A stretch of DNA of 49,618 nt from a virus, in IMG/VR virus record IMGVR_UViG_3300045988_183527; one strand, given 5' to 3'. Numbering within the stretch: position 1 is the first letter of the stretch; each line of letters starts with the position of its first letter. The notes beneath the pieces are model-generated. The model did no database searches, was not told the origin of the DNA, and was given only the letters and a program-made list of their open reading frames with translations. This document shows, in pieces, positions 17,725-27,051 of this stretch. The translations under genes were made by a program, and so were the position numbers.

Positions 17725-17775
17725 GCCCGGTCGAATATCTGTGCAAACCTTCGACCGGGCTTTCCTTTTATTTGC
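17725..17775 (+). terminator. 11-bp GC-rich hairpin (GCCCGGTCGAA N14 TTCGACCGGGC) with its T run only on the + strand
   Basis: The hairpin is followed by TTTCCTTTTATTT on the + strand. On the minus (coding) strand no U run follows, so it may stop antisense transcription or act as a processing or antitermination element. Confidence 0.4.
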
Positions 17776-17971
17776 GCAGGTTCTTCTCCGACCGGCGGCG
17801 CAAAGTCTCAAGTGTCTTCTCCACGGCGTCGTCAAACCAGTAGGTGCTGAGGCCGATCCGGACGGGCGCGGGAACTTTCCCCTGCCTCACCCATTTACAC
17901 AGCGTAGTTTCACTAATACCCAGGGCGTCCTTTAATTGCTGACGCGAAATCATTCCTTTAGGTGCAGTCAT
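17768..17971 (-). CDS. AlpA/excisionase-type HTH DNA-binding protein
   Basis: ISRQQLKDALGISETTLCKWVRQGKVPAPVRIG matches the AlpA/Xis (MerR-like winged helix) pattern. 67 aa. Confidence 0.7.
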   Translation of the reverse strand: MTAPKGMISRQQLKDALGISETTLCKWVRQGKVPAPVRIGLSTYWFDDAVEKTLETLRRRSEKNLRK

Positions 17972-17995
17972 GCTTTAATCTCTTAAGGGTTATTC

Positions 17996-18463
17996 CTAAG
18001 TCTTCTGAGATGCGAAAGTTTTTTGGATCGGTCGGAGCTTGTGGGACTCAGCCCATGCGTTGAACGCAGTTCGGCAATCGGAACGTTCCAAACAAAGATA
18101 GCCGTAAGCCATCAGCACACCGTGGATTCGTTCTTCAAGCGGCAGTTCCAAGATGCCGCGGTGATCTTTCCGGAATCGCTCGGGGAGGCTCCCCCAAAAC
18201 TGTCCCGCCAAAACCCCCACATCTAAGGCGGCGCCGGAGCGCGTGCAATAGAAAGGCATCCTCGCCACCGGCGATTCGCGCACCCTGTCTTTCCGATTCG
18301 TCGCCCAATCTTTCACGACGCGTAAGGCGTGTGGATAGGTTCTTCCGAACTCTTCGCACAGATAGAAGGCCAACTCCGAAGCGCTCACCCATTCTTGCGA
18401 CAGTTGATCCAGGCGGTTGTACATTGCCAACGTCTTCGCCTGCAGTCCTCCGCGACGGCTCAT
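17996..18463 (-). CDS. Hypothetical protein (155 aa)
   Basis: Starts 3 nt after the SNF2 helicase stop. No motif. Confidence 0.6.
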   Translation of the reverse strand: MSRRGGLQAKTLAMYNRLDQLSQEWVSASELAFYLCEEFGRTYPHALRVVKDWATNRKDRVRESPVARMPFYCTRSGAALDVGVLAGQFWGSLPERFRKDHRGILELPLEERIHGVLMAYGYLCLERSDCRTAFNAWAESHKLRPIQKTFASQKT

Positions 18464-18465
18464 GT

Positions 18466-19842
18466 TTATCTCCTCGTATCCAAAATGAAATCCAAAACAT
18501 CTTTCTTCCCCTGTAATGCCTGAAGGACGGCATAGTCCAAAGTCTTTTCCGCAACGATGCGGTGGATGAAGACGGGCCGCGGATGCCCCGCCTGCGCCTG
18601 GCGCGTGGGCCCGATACGCTCACACATCTGCGCGTATTGCTCGTAGTTGTAGCCGCAGCCGAAGAAGACGAGAATGTTTCCGCCGTCTTGCAGGTTGAGG
18701 CCGTGGCCGCAGGAAGCGGGATGCGCGAGAAGCATCGGAATCTCCCCCGCATTCCAGCGGCGGATGGTTGCGGGATCGCGGTCGAGGAGCTTCGCCTGGG
18801 GGAACGCCCGCATAATGCGTTGCGCCTCATGGCGAAACTGATACGCGACAAGGATCGGTGCGCCGCAAGCCTCTTCAACGACGCTCCGGAGTGCATCGAT
18901 CTTGGCCTCGTGGATCGGCGCGTAGGCGGAATTGTCCTCGTTGTAGACGGCGCCGCTTGCGATCTGCAGGCACTTCCCCATCTTGGCGAGGGCGTTCACC
19001 GCTTCGAGCTCTTCGCCGTCTTCGAGGCAGACGTAGAACTCGCGCTCCATCTTGTTGTAAATCTCACGGGCGGCCGTGGGCAGCGTGACGACGATATCGT
19101 TCACGATCGGCTGAGCGATATCGAACCAGTCCTCCGCCTTCACAACAATTGTCATCGGCTGTAGCTTCCGCTTGATCTTTTCGTCGGCGCCATCCTGCGG
19201 AACGTACTTCACCATGTACGCTTCGCCGCCCGTCTTCACCGGGTAGAAGAAGGCCTGTTCGTACGCGGCCATTGTGCGGCCAAGCGTCGCACCCTTGTCG
19301 ATGAACCAGGCTTGCCCCCACAGATCGATGAGGCCGTTTGCCGTCGGCGTACCCGTGAGTTCGATGAAGTGCGGGGACTTGAAGGCGACAGTCGCCAGGG
19401 CTTTCGCACGCTTCGTGCCGGAGCGAAGACGAAAGCCCTTCAGCCGCGTGGCTTCATCGCAGACGACAACGCCGAACGGCCATTCGCCTTTCAACGCCTC
19501 AACGAGCCACGGGAGCTGCTCGTAGTTCGTGCAATAGACGTCTGCCTTGGCTTCGAGCGCCGCCGCCCGTTGCTTTGCCGTGCCGACGATGACGGACACG
19601 CGGAGATCATGGAGGTGATCCCACTTGGCGATCTCATCCGGCCACGTGCTCTGAGCCACGCGCAACGGCGCGACGACAAGCGCCGGGCGGGACGTGAAGA
19701 AGTCCCGGATATAGCGCAGCGCCGTGAGGGTGGATACCGTCTTGCCGGTACCCATCCCCGACCACACCATAGCCCGCGTACGGGACAAGATGTGGTCAAT
19801 GATGAGCCGCTGGTAGGGGCGGGGGGCGAACTGCTTGCTCAC
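18466..19842 (-). CDS. SNF2-family helicase
   Basis: PYQRLIIDHIL...SGMGTGKT (motif I), VVCDEATRLK (DEAx, motif II), and a C-terminal helicase domain with HPASCGHGLNLQ. Confidence 0.88.
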   Translation of the reverse strand: MSKQFAPRPYQRLIIDHILSRTRAMVWSGMGTGKTVSTLTALRYIRDFFTSRPALVVAPLRVAQSTWPDEIAKWDHLHDLRVSVIVGTAKQRAAALEAKADVYCTNYEQLPWLVEALKGEWPFGVVVCDEATRLKGFRLRSGTKRAKALATVAFKSPHFIELTGTPTANGLIDLWGQAWFIDKGATLGRTMAAYEQAFFYPVKTGGEAYMVKYVPQDGADEKIKRKLQPMTIVVKAEDWFDIAQPIVNDIVVTLPTAAREIYNKMEREFYVCLEDGEELEAVNALAKMGKCLQIASGAVYNEDNSAYAPIHEAKIDALRSVVEEACGAPILVAYQFRHEAQRIMRAFPQAKLLDRDPATIRRWNAGEIPMLLAHPASCGHGLNLQDGGNILVFFGCGYNYEQYAQMCERIGPTRQAQAGHPRPVFIHRIVAEKTLDYAVLQALQGKKDVLDFILDTRR

Positions 19843-19878
19843 AATACCCCCGCAAGGTGAGGCACAAAAACGATACGA

Positions 19879-20316
19879 TCAAAAAGGTAGGCCATAGTAG
19901 TACCACCGATATCCTTTCACGACGCCGCATTCCTTCGCGGCGCGCTTGATGTAATCCAATAAATCCGGGACGCCCTTGTATGCCGGGGCCCGCTTTGACG
20001 GGACAGACCGCGGGTGCTTGATCTCCAACTCTCCCTCCACCGGGCGCAATGGGATGCACCGCTTCGTGCAGAACTTGAGGCAGTCTTCGGTCGTCGATTT
20101 GGGCGCCCGATGAAGCACTGCCTTCCACAGAGACCTGTCCGTGCGCCACCCATATCTGCGATGCAGATAAGAAAGCAGGCGATCTACACGGTACTCGAGC
20201 GCCTCCATCCCACGTTCCTGCAGAAACTCGCGAGCAGAAGCGGCTGTCGCGACGGAGTAAGCCGCGGCATAGGCCGCCGCCACATCCGTCACATGGAGGG
20301 TTTCACGCTCTTTCAT
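19879..20316 (-). CDS. Hypothetical protein (145 aa)
   Basis: Internal ATG 20316 with AAGGGAG upstream was chosen because the longer ORF overlaps the VRR-NUC gene. Confidence 0.55.
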   Translation of the reverse strand: MKERETLHVTDVAAAYAAAYSVATAASAREFLQERGMEALEYRVDRLLSYLHRRYGWRTDRSLWKAVLHRAPKSTTEDCLKFCTKRCIPLRPVEGELEIKHPRSVPSKRAPAYKGVPDLLDYIKRAAKECGVVKGYRWYYYGLPF

Positions 20317-20677
20317 TCTCTGCGCGCTCCCTTCTGCGCCAAAACGCCCACAGCTCGTAGGCCATAAGGCAAATCTGACGCTCCGTTCGGCCGTCTGACA
20401 GCGAGTACCGATCGGCGATGAGTTTGGCGACGTCGGATGCGGTGTCGTAAACATGCACCTCACAGCCCGACTCGGCCATCACTTTGTGCTCACGCAACTG
20501 GTGCTTCTTCGGCTTCTCGCCGGGCGCTTTCACCTCGACCCAAAAGTGCCACCCGGGCATCATGATGAAGAGATCGGGGGCGCCGATATGCCCAACCCAA
20601 GACGTCTTACGGACTTCGCCGTGGAGTTCTTTGATTACCGACTTGATCGCGGCAACAACTTTTCCTTCGGGAGTCAT
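20303..20677 (-). CDS. VRR-NUC domain nuclease
   Basis: GAPDLFIMMPGWHFWVEVKAPGEKPKKHQLREHKVMAESGCEVHV carries the D...ExK...Q PD-(D/E)xK pattern of VRR-NUC. It shows the usual pairing with a phage SNF2 helicase. Confidence 0.75.
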   Translation of the reverse strand: MTPEGKVVAAIKSVIKELHGEVRKTSWVGHIGAPDLFIMMPGWHFWVEVKAPGEKPKKHQLREHKVMAESGCEVHVYDTASDVAKLIADRYSLSDGRTERQICLMAYELWAFWRRRERAENERA

Positions 20678-21081
20678 TCTTTTTCCTCCTTTTTCGTAAC
20701 CGCGCCCCAGTCATCGACAATCCATCGGCCGTTGGGGATGCCGCCGAAAATCGTTGCCCAAAGCGTTAAGATTCCGCGCCGGATTTCTTCTACCGTCTCG
20801 GCAAGAATGGGCTGGTTCGTCCATGGCATCGGGTACAGCGCCGGGTTCTTAAGCGCGGCCAGTCGAGCATCTACGAGTTGATCGATGTAAGGGACGTCCT
20901 GAGGCTTCACCCAATCGCCGCAGATACGTATCCCTTGCACCATGACAGACACCTTCACGCTTCCTGCCGCATAGCCGCAGGGGCCGATCTTGACTTGGCA
21001 CACAAGAAGGGTGTTCCCGGTGTCCATGCTCCAATTTGAGACGAGCGGGTGGCCGTAGAACGAATCGCTTTTAGCAGTCAT
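20674..21081 (-). CDS. Hypothetical protein (135 aa)
   Basis: 4-nt overlaps with both neighbours. Confidence 0.6.
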   Translation of the reverse strand: MTAKSDSFYGHPLVSNWSMDTGNTLLVCQVKIGPCGYAAGSVKVSVMVQGIRICGDWVKPQDVPYIDQLVDARLAALKNPALYPMPWTNQPILAETVEEIRRGILTLWATIFGGIPNGRWIVDDWGAVTKKEEKE

Positions 21082-21512
21082 TCTTCGACCTCTTCATCCC
21101 ACGGGCGGAAACGGTCAATCACCATACCCGGAAAGAGGGAGCGGTAAAGGCGGGGGTCGGTACTATCGAAACAAAAGCCGCCGTCGAGGTATCTCAGAAT
21201 GGCTCGGAATGGCCGCCCGGTATCGTGATCGTGTCCTTCACACCGCAAAGAGATATCCTCCGGTGGCGTCACTTCGGGGTAGTTGTTCCACGCGTTGGGG
21301 TCGTACGCATGTTCTGCGCAGATCGCTTCTTTTTTGATGGATAAGATACCGCCGACCGCGCAAGTTTCGTGGTTGCTAATCATCGCGTGGACGTAGCAGA
21401 ACCCGTCGTCGTATTCACCCTCGCAGGCTCTCTGCAGGTCTTTGCCGAACCCCGGGAAAACTTTCTCCAAAGCGGCCTGGTATTCCTTGTCTTTCAGTTT
21501 ATAGCGGATCAT
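21078..21512 (-). CDS. Hypothetical Cys/His-rich protein (144 aa)
   Basis: 4-nt overlaps with both neighbours. No recognised motif. Confidence 0.6.
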   Translation of the reverse strand: MIRYKLKDKEYQAALEKVFPGFGKDLQRACEGEYDDGFCYVHAMISNHETCAVGGILSIKKEAICAEHAYDPNAWNNYPEVTPPEDISLRCEGHDHDTGRPFRAILRYLDGGFCFDSTDPRLYRSLFPGMVIDRFRPWDEEVEE

Positions 21513-21697
21513 TCAGCAGCTCCTTCAGGATCAAGCTTGTCGGCCATAGCAGTAAGAACCGCGGCAAGTTTGCGGGCTTCGTCTACAGTGAGGTAGTTGC
21601 AGTTGTCGTCCCTGTCGAACGTGTCGAGTTCGATCGTCTTATCGAATTCGTAGGAATAGACAGAAACACGCTCGTTGATTTCAATCGATTCTTCCAT
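21509..21697 (-). CDS. Hypothetical acidic protein (62 aa)
   Basis: ATG 21697 preceded by AAGGAG at 8 nt. This start is preferred over the TTG at 21715. Confidence 0.55.
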   Translation of the reverse strand: MEESIEINERVSVYSYEFDKTIELDTFDRDDNCNYLTVDEARKLAAVLTAMADKLDPEGAAE

Positions 21698-21699
21698 TT

Positions 21700-21939
21700 T
21701 TATCTCTCCTTCCAACCGACGTTCTGCAACCGGTGCACCTCACGCGCCTCGTCCGCACGGCCCTGAAGCCAATCCACGAGATCGTTGATGTCCGCGGGGA
21801 TGCCCTCAAGGATCGTTGTTACCTTGCCCTCACTTTCGATACCGACGGCAACCGAAGGCTGATCCTTTTTGCCGAACGCCTCCGCGATAAAGATGAGCTT
21901 CTTGCCGTCGCCCAGCTTACGTTCACACTGCATCCACAT
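21700..21939 (-). CDS. Hypothetical protein (79 aa)
   Basis: Packed in the operon. Confidence 0.55.
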   Translation of the reverse strand: MWMQCERKLGDGKKLIFIAEAFGKKDQPSVAVGIESEGKVTTILEGIPADINDLVDWLQGRADEAREVHRLQNVGWKER

Positions 21940-21941
21940 CT

Positions 21942-22130
21942 TTATTTCTCCTTGTGTTCTTCCTCACGCTTCATACGCGCCTTGTACCCGGCGATAAACC
22001 CGTGTGTTTCAGCGAACGCCGCCAACAAACCGGGGCACGATTCCGGGTCGAAGTGCTCTTCGAACTCGACCTCGATCGCGGTAATCAGCCGGTCGATTTC
22101 GTCAAGGTCTTCAGGTTTAAGATCAGTCAT
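21942..22130 (-). CDS. Hypothetical acidic protein (62 aa)
   Basis: Packed in the operon, with an 8-nt overlap with the upstream gene. Confidence 0.5.
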   Translation of the reverse strand: MTDLKPEDLDEIDRLITAIEVEFEEHFDPESCPGLLAAFAETHGFIAGYKARMKREEEHKEK

Positions 22131-22431
22131 CGCTTTTCCCCTCCATGCTTATCCTCGTCCACCAGTCGGGGGCGTTGACTTCGGCCCAAGCAATTTCGTC
22201 GCAATCGTCGGGGCTAAAAGTATTTCGTTTGGTGACGTACCACGAGCCATCCTTTCGCACACGCTTGCTGATGACTTCATAGAAGTTCTTTGTCCACCCC
22301 ATATACCCGCGGTGGAACTCAGCCCTCCCCCGGATCAGGGTTAAGAAAACAATATCCGCTGAAGCGTTGGGCCACGTGGTTCTGTCCTCGGGGTCAAACC
22401 GCTTCCAATCAATCTTTCCGGTCTCAGTCAT
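22123..22431 (-). CDS. Hypothetical Trp-rich protein (102 aa)
   Basis: ATG 22431 forms an ATGA overlap with the upstream stop. Confidence 0.55.
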   Translation of the reverse strand: MTETGKIDWKRFDPEDRTTWPNASADIVFLTLIRGRAEFHRGYMGWTKNFYEVISKRVRKDGSWYVTKRNTFSPDDCDEIAWAEVNAPDWWTRISMEGKSDD

Positions 22432-22856
22432 CTTTCTTTTCTCCAATTGCGCCAATCCATGCCAAGCCCGCTTGCTAGGCGTTGTTCGCACTCATCCAAA
22501 CGACCCACCTCGATTGCCTTTAAAACCGCTCTCCTCGCGGCTTCCTTCGCCCACTCTTCCTCAGGCTTAGTCCCAAAAATCGAAGGCAAACGAATCGTGG
22601 TTTCAAACCGTCGCCCTGCATACCACGGGCTATCCAGATAGACGTACGCGGTATACGTCCCGCCCTGTCCCTTCGGAATCTCCTTTTCCCACCGAACGGT
22701 TACGTCCAATAAATCCAAAAAATCAGGCTCATCCATCGTCGACCAGCGCTTACTGAAATCAACAACGAACTCCCATACCGGCGGAGGCGGTGAAAAGCGA
22801 ATGCCCATCGTCACCCAGCCGCAGTCCATCGCTTCTTTCAAAAGGTTCTCGCTCAT
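22428..22856 (-). CDS. Hypothetical protein (142 aa)
   Basis: ATG 22856 forms an ATGA overlap with the upstream stop. Confidence 0.55.
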   Translation of the reverse strand: MSENLLKEAMDCGWVTMGIRFSPPPPVWEFVVDFSKRWSTMDEPDFLDLLDVTVRWEKEIPKGQGGTYTAYVYLDSPWYAGRRFETTIRLPSIFGTKPEEEWAKEAARRAVLKAIEVGRLDECEQRLASGLGMDWRNWRKER

Positions 22857-23140
22857 GGCTCGGCCCCCAATGCTTTCCACACTCCGTCGATATCCCCAGC
22901 GCTGAGGCGGTCAACTGCCTTAATCACTTGCGCCTTCAGGGCTTCGAGCTCTGCCTTCTCCGGACAGACGTCTTCGGCGATGATCTCGGACTTCGGGATG
23001 CCGATGGTGACGAGAATGTCGCTGCGGTACTTTTTGTCCCAATCTTCAAGACAACTCTGTCTCAACTCGTTTTGAAATTCCTCCGACCGGATGTACCGAG
23101 TCAGAAAGTCCGGGTCTTTCAGTTTGAATTGCATTGCCAT
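22853..23140 (-). CDS. Hypothetical protein (95 aa)
   Basis: ATG 23140 with GGAG about 10 nt upstream. Confidence 0.55.
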   Translation of the reverse strand: MAMQFKLKDPDFLTRYIRSEEFQNELRQSCLEDWDKKYRSDILVTIGIPKSEIIAEDVCPEKAELEALKAQVIKAVDRLSAGDIDGVWKALGAEP

Positions 23141-23227
23141 ATCACTCACTCCAACCAAAATTCGGGGATGCGATCCCTGTGTGTTCTTGACGGTTCTTGT
23201 CCTTATTGCTGTATTCCATTCCCCTTA

Positions 23228-23794
23228 TCATTTGTAATTCCTCCAATCGCAGGTGCTGACGACGGACAGTTCGCCCAGTACGCCGCGCACCATCCGGTCG
23301 TCAATCCCTTTGGCCTTGCCGCGGCGCAAAAGCGTCTGCATCGCGAAGAATTCCCGCAGCGTGCGGTTGGGTTCGACTTCGAGCGAATCAGTAATAAAGT
23401 CCCGGGAGGCCCCGACGGCATCGCGGATGGCGTTCAACTCCGCCGACGTGCAGATAAACGTCGGCTCCTTGCTTGCGTCCGTGCGCCGGTCGTAGCCTTT
23501 CTTCACGACGTCCATCAGCGCCTGGCCGCCCTTGTCGAGCACCGCCTGGGCGTTTATTCGTTCGGCTTCGTCGAGGTAGTTGCGGCTCACAATGCCCGTA
23601 AGGGCGTGGTTGATGAGCGTCTTCATGCAGCTCAGTTGCTCGACCGTCGCGACACCGCGGGGGAGGGAGATTTCCGCCGCCAACGCCGTGCGGTTAATCA
23701 TGTCCTGTAGCCCCGAGATATCCTCCCGGGCAACGCAGAGCGTACGCACCGCCTTCGGGTGGTAGGCCTTGCGCGGTTTCTTGTTCTTCGCCAT
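23228..23794 (-). CDS. Hypothetical protein (188 aa) with basic N-terminus MAKNKKPRKAYHPK
   Basis: Internal ATG 23794 was chosen. The longer ORF overlaps two better-supported small genes. Confidence 0.55.
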   Translation of the reverse strand: MAKNKKPRKAYHPKAVRTLCVAREDISGLQDMINRTALAAEISLPRGVATVEQLSCMKTLINHALTGIVSRNYLDEAERINAQAVLDKGGQALMDVVKKGYDRRTDASKEPTFICTSAELNAIRDAVGASRDFITDSLEVEPNRTLREFFAMQTLLRRGKAKGIDDRMVRGVLGELSVVSTCDWRNYK

Positions 23795-23796
23795 GG

Positions 23797-23970
23797 CTAA
23801 CTTCCGATGCGGGTTAAAAACGCGCTTCCGGAGAAGGCGACGGCCACCGTCAAGCCGATGGAAACGGCGCTCGAGAAGAAGTAGGCAAAGAGCGAGTACA
23901 CCGCCGCCCAAAACACCATGCAGATCAGCACCGAGAGGAAGACGATCCCCAGTAAATCTATCGTGCGCAT
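23797..23970 (-). CDS. Small membrane protein (57 aa, 2 TM)
   Basis: ATG 23970 preceded by AAGGAGG. Sequence MRTIDLLGIVFLSVLICMVFWAAVYSLFAYFFSSAVSIGLTVAVAF. Confidence 0.55.
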   Translation of the reverse strand: MRTIDLLGIVFLSVLICMVFWAAVYSLFAYFFSSAVSIGLTVAVAFSGSAFLTRIGS

Positions 23971-24218
23971 ACCGCCTCCTTGATCTGAGCCGTGGTTTTG
24001 AGCGTCGGATTGCAGCGTTTCTGCGCCTCGATGTCGTGTTCCGTTTTGATCTTGTAGGCGCACTCACGCAAAGAAAGCGCGCAGGTAACGAGCTCTTCCG
24101 CGGCGTCCGTGAGCACGCGGGGGCTGCTGTGAAGCGAGATTTCGATGATCTGGCTCATGCGCCCGACTTGTTTGAGCGAGGCGAGTATGCACATTGGCGT
24201 CGTATCGATTACAGTCAT
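23958..24218 (-). CDS. Hypothetical protein (86 aa)
   Basis: ATG 24218 preceded by AAGGAGA. First gene after the polymerase. Confidence 0.55.
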   Translation of the reverse strand: MTVIDTTPMCILASLKQVGRMSQIIEISLHSSPRVLTDAAEELVTCALSLRECAYKIKTEHDIEAQKRCNPTLKTTAQIKEAVCAR

Positions 24219-24229
24219 GAAAGTCTCCT

Positions 24230-26314
24230 TTATTTGTGATAGCGATAAGAGTTGAAGCCCGCCGCGGCCAACGGAAGTCCCTTTGCCCAACGGGGCAGAA
24301 TCTCCATAGCTGCTTCGAGTTGTTTGAAGTCGTGCGCGTCGTCATCCGGCGCTTCCGTCAGGATTTCGTCGTGCACGGTGAGGATCGGTTTGAACCCCGC
24401 CCGATCCACGTTGAAAAGGGCGTTGCAGAGCACGTCGCAGGCCACGGCCTGGGTAATGTTTTCCACAGCTTTGCCGCCGTACGTCTTGATCCGCTGCCAC
24501 TTGCGCGTCATCTGGTGCACGCCCATGTAGGAGAAGGTGCAACCTTCGTCTTCCGTCCCGACACGCGCAGAGGGGTAGAGGAGAGTGCGGTTTGAGGGCA
24601 GGGCGATGCCGAGCCATCCTTTCGATGCCCAAGTCTTCAGCCCGCGGTGCAGGTGCTCCGTGCAGTACGTCTGCAGGGACGCAACGCAGGCCTCCTCAAC
24701 GCGCCCCCAAAAAGCAACGATCTGAGGATTGGCACGCCGCCACAGGCGCTTCACGCTGTCGCAGGCAATCCATACGTCGTGCTCAAGGCCGCAGAGGCGC
24801 TTCGGTGTCGTTGCCGCCCATTCGTACGCCCGTTCGGCCTCGTCGCGAACGTCCGCCGGGACGACGGGAAGTGTCGCTTTCGCCATGTCGTGAAGGTCGA
24901 TGCCGTAACCCATGGCGAAGGTGACGAATGCCCCCGGGCCGCCGCCGTAACCCATAGCAAGTTCCAGTACCTTGCCCATCTGGCGCTGAGCTTTGGTGAC
25001 GGATTCCACCGGGACGCTGAAAGCCTTGGAATACGTGAGTTTGTAAAGATCGGGGCCGGTACCCGCGTCGTACGCACGGAAGGCGTCGAGCTTCCACGAC
25101 TCGCCTGCAAGCCACGCTAAGACGCGGCCTTCGATATTGGAGTAGTCGGCGACGACCATGCGCTTGCCCTCGGGGACGATGATCGCCCCCCGAAGACAGT
25201 TCGAGAGCACCGCAGGGAACTCGGAAGGGCTGTAAAGGAGGTCGAGATCGCCGCGTTTGACTGCCTCAATGGCGTCTTCGATCGGTTCGTCCTTCATCGT
25301 CGGGCGCGCTAAGTTCTGCGGCTGAAAGAGTCGGCCGGAGAAGCGCCCCGTGCGGCTTGCACCGCGGAACTGCAGGCATCCGCGCAAACGCCCGTCGGAG
25401 TTCGCACAGTCAAGAAGGGATTGGAATTTCTTCACACCTGCCTTCGCAGCGTTCAAGCGGATGCGCAGCAGTTCTTTCATGGGCTCCGGGAGATCAGGCG
25501 ACTCCGCCAGGTGCTCGATTTCGCCCTTGCGCAGGTTCGCGAGTTCAATACCCCACGTGTCCTTGATGTAGTCGATCGTCGCCTGAGTGCGCGTCGTCGT
25601 GTCCAGGGCGCCGTCCGTGAGCTCCATCGTTTGCGCACGCAGTTCCGCCCCGTGGTGTTCCATCAGATCAACGGCCGCGCGGGCAAGATCAACGTCCATG
25701 AGCATCCCGCGACGGTTGATCTCGGCGTCCATAACGGCGAGGTCGCGCTCGCGCCCGGTGCGGTTGATCTTCGGGAGCCGCCGATAGAGCTCTCGTTCGG
25801 CTTCCACGTCAAGGCGGCAGTAGTTGACGAAACGCTTCCAGTCTTCCGGGTTCGTCTCGCGGTTCTTCACGCCGTCGGCGCGCGGAACGCAGAAGAGGCG
25901 GATCAAACGGGCGCCGTCCTTGTCCTTAGCCTTGTCTTCGCCGAGTTTGTAGATGGCGCAGAGATCAGCCAAGGAGCCGGGGAGCCCGTGCTCGTAGGCG
26001 ATCTGCATCGTATCTTCAACACGGTCGAGCGGCATGGCGAGCTCCGGCATCACGCGTTCGATAAACACGGTGTCGAAGTTCATGCCGTTGTGCCACACGT
26101 GGAAGTCGCTTCGACCGCCCTTTTGGATTTGACGGATCGCCGCCAAAAGGTCGTCCGGAATCGGCTCGTATTGCACCTGCCACACTTTGGCGGGCGCGTT
26201 GTCGATGGCATAACCCCACAAAAGGATTTTTGCCTTCGGGTCTTCAGCGTACTTATGAGTACCGAATTTGATCGGCGTCTCAGAGTACGTTTCGAGATCG
26301 CAAAACAGAAACAT
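24230..26314 (-). CDS. Family A DNA polymerase with N-terminal 3'-5' exonuclease
   Basis: FCDLETYS (ExoI), VVADYSNIEGRVLAW (motif A), RQMGKVLELAMGYGGG (motif B), LTVHDEIL (motif C). Confidence 0.92.
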   Translation of the reverse strand: MFLFCDLETYSETPIKFGTHKYAEDPKAKILLWGYAIDNAPAKVWQVQYEPIPDDLLAAIRQIQKGGRSDFHVWHNGMNFDTVFIERVMPELAMPLDRVEDTMQIAYEHGLPGSLADLCAIYKLGEDKAKDKDGARLIRLFCVPRADGVKNRETNPEDWKRFVNYCRLDVEAERELYRRLPKINRTGRERDLAVMDAEINRRGMLMDVDLARAAVDLMEHHGAELRAQTMELTDGALDTTTRTQATIDYIKDTWGIELANLRKGEIEHLAESPDLPEPMKELLRIRLNAAKAGVKKFQSLLDCANSDGRLRGCLQFRGASRTGRFSGRLFQPQNLARPTMKDEPIEDAIEAVKRGDLDLLYSPSEFPAVLSNCLRGAIIVPEGKRMVVADYSNIEGRVLAWLAGESWKLDAFRAYDAGTGPDLYKLTYSKAFSVPVESVTKAQRQMGKVLELAMGYGGGPGAFVTFAMGYGIDLHDMAKATLPVVPADVRDEAERAYEWAATTPKRLCGLEHDVWIACDSVKRLWRRANPQIVAFWGRVEEACVASLQTYCTEHLHRGLKTWASKGWLGIALPSNRTLLYPSARVGTEDEGCTFSYMGVHQMTRKWQRIKTYGGKAVENITQAVACDVLCNALFNVDRAGFKPILTVHDEILTEAPDDDAHDFKQLEAAMEILPRWAKGLPLAAAGFNSYRYHK

Positions 26315-26493
26315 CTTTTACCCCTGTAGTTCGGATGTCTTCAAAGGAGGGCTGGTGCACGGCCGTGGGGTTGCGGTACCTCGGCCGTTTTGTTCACGTC
26401 GGCGAAGAGACTCCGAACGCCGCGTGTCCCGTCACAATGGCCTGCCCACACCAGTCCCCCTTTGAAGCCGCCCGAAAGCGGCTTTCTTTGGGG

Positions 26494-27051
26494 TTACATC
26501 AGGTCGTCATCGGACTGAGGAGCCTCCGGGGCTTCCAATTCATCGAATTCGTCGCGGCAGGAAGCGGCGGTCGCACCGGCTCCGAGCGGTTCGCCGTCCT
26601 TGGCGAATTGGACGCCGTTTAAGTAGGACGTCACGCCGCCGCCGTTCTTCGTGTAGCAGAAGACGTCGATGGAGCAGTTGACGTAGCAACCCGCGTAGGG
26701 CTTTCCCGCGTCCGCAGGGATGTTGTGCTTCTTCTGATCCAACACCGTCGGCGCGCCTTGTTCTTCCTTGCGCTTCGGCGTGATGGAATAGCCGCCGTCT
26801 TCGAGTTCCTTCAGCGGCCACGTCTGGTTCGACTTCTTGAACCGCTTCAGCATCTTGTCGGCGTCGCCGGGGTAGGCGGCTTCGACCGCCGCCCTGATCG
26901 CCTTTTCAATCGTCGCGAGGTTTTCGGAGTCCTCGTTGATGAGCAGGCCGATGGAGAAATTCTTCTTGCCCATGTATTCCTCGGCCGTGTAGAGCTTCGG
27001 GAACACGCAGCGGGCGTTACGGATCATGATTCGCTGAGATTTACCACTCAT
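26494..27051 (-). CDS. Phage ssDNA-binding protein (DUF2815 / T7 gp2.5-like)
   Basis: Typical position between the DUF2800-type nuclease and PolA. Has an acidic C-terminal tail (EAPEAPQSDDDLM). The OB-like N-terminal pattern RNARCVFPKLYTAE was read by eye. Confidence 0.65.
   Translation of the reverse strand: MSGKSQRIMIRNARCVFPKLYTAEEYMGKKNFSIGLLINEDSENLATIEKAIRAAVEAAYPGDADKMLKRFKKSNQTWPLKELEDGGYSITPKRKEEQGAPTVLDQKKHNIPADAGKPYAGCYVNCSIDVFCYTKNGGGVTSYLNGVQFAKDGEPLGAGATAASCRDEFDELEAPEAPQSDDDLM

Noticed and set aside
23141-23227. 25-aa micro-ORF (MEYSNKDKNRQEHTGIASPNFGWSE) on the minus strand in the 87-bp gap.
   Set aside because: The SD-like AAGGGGA abuts the ATG with essentially no spacer. 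The ORF is too short to evaluate without conservation data.
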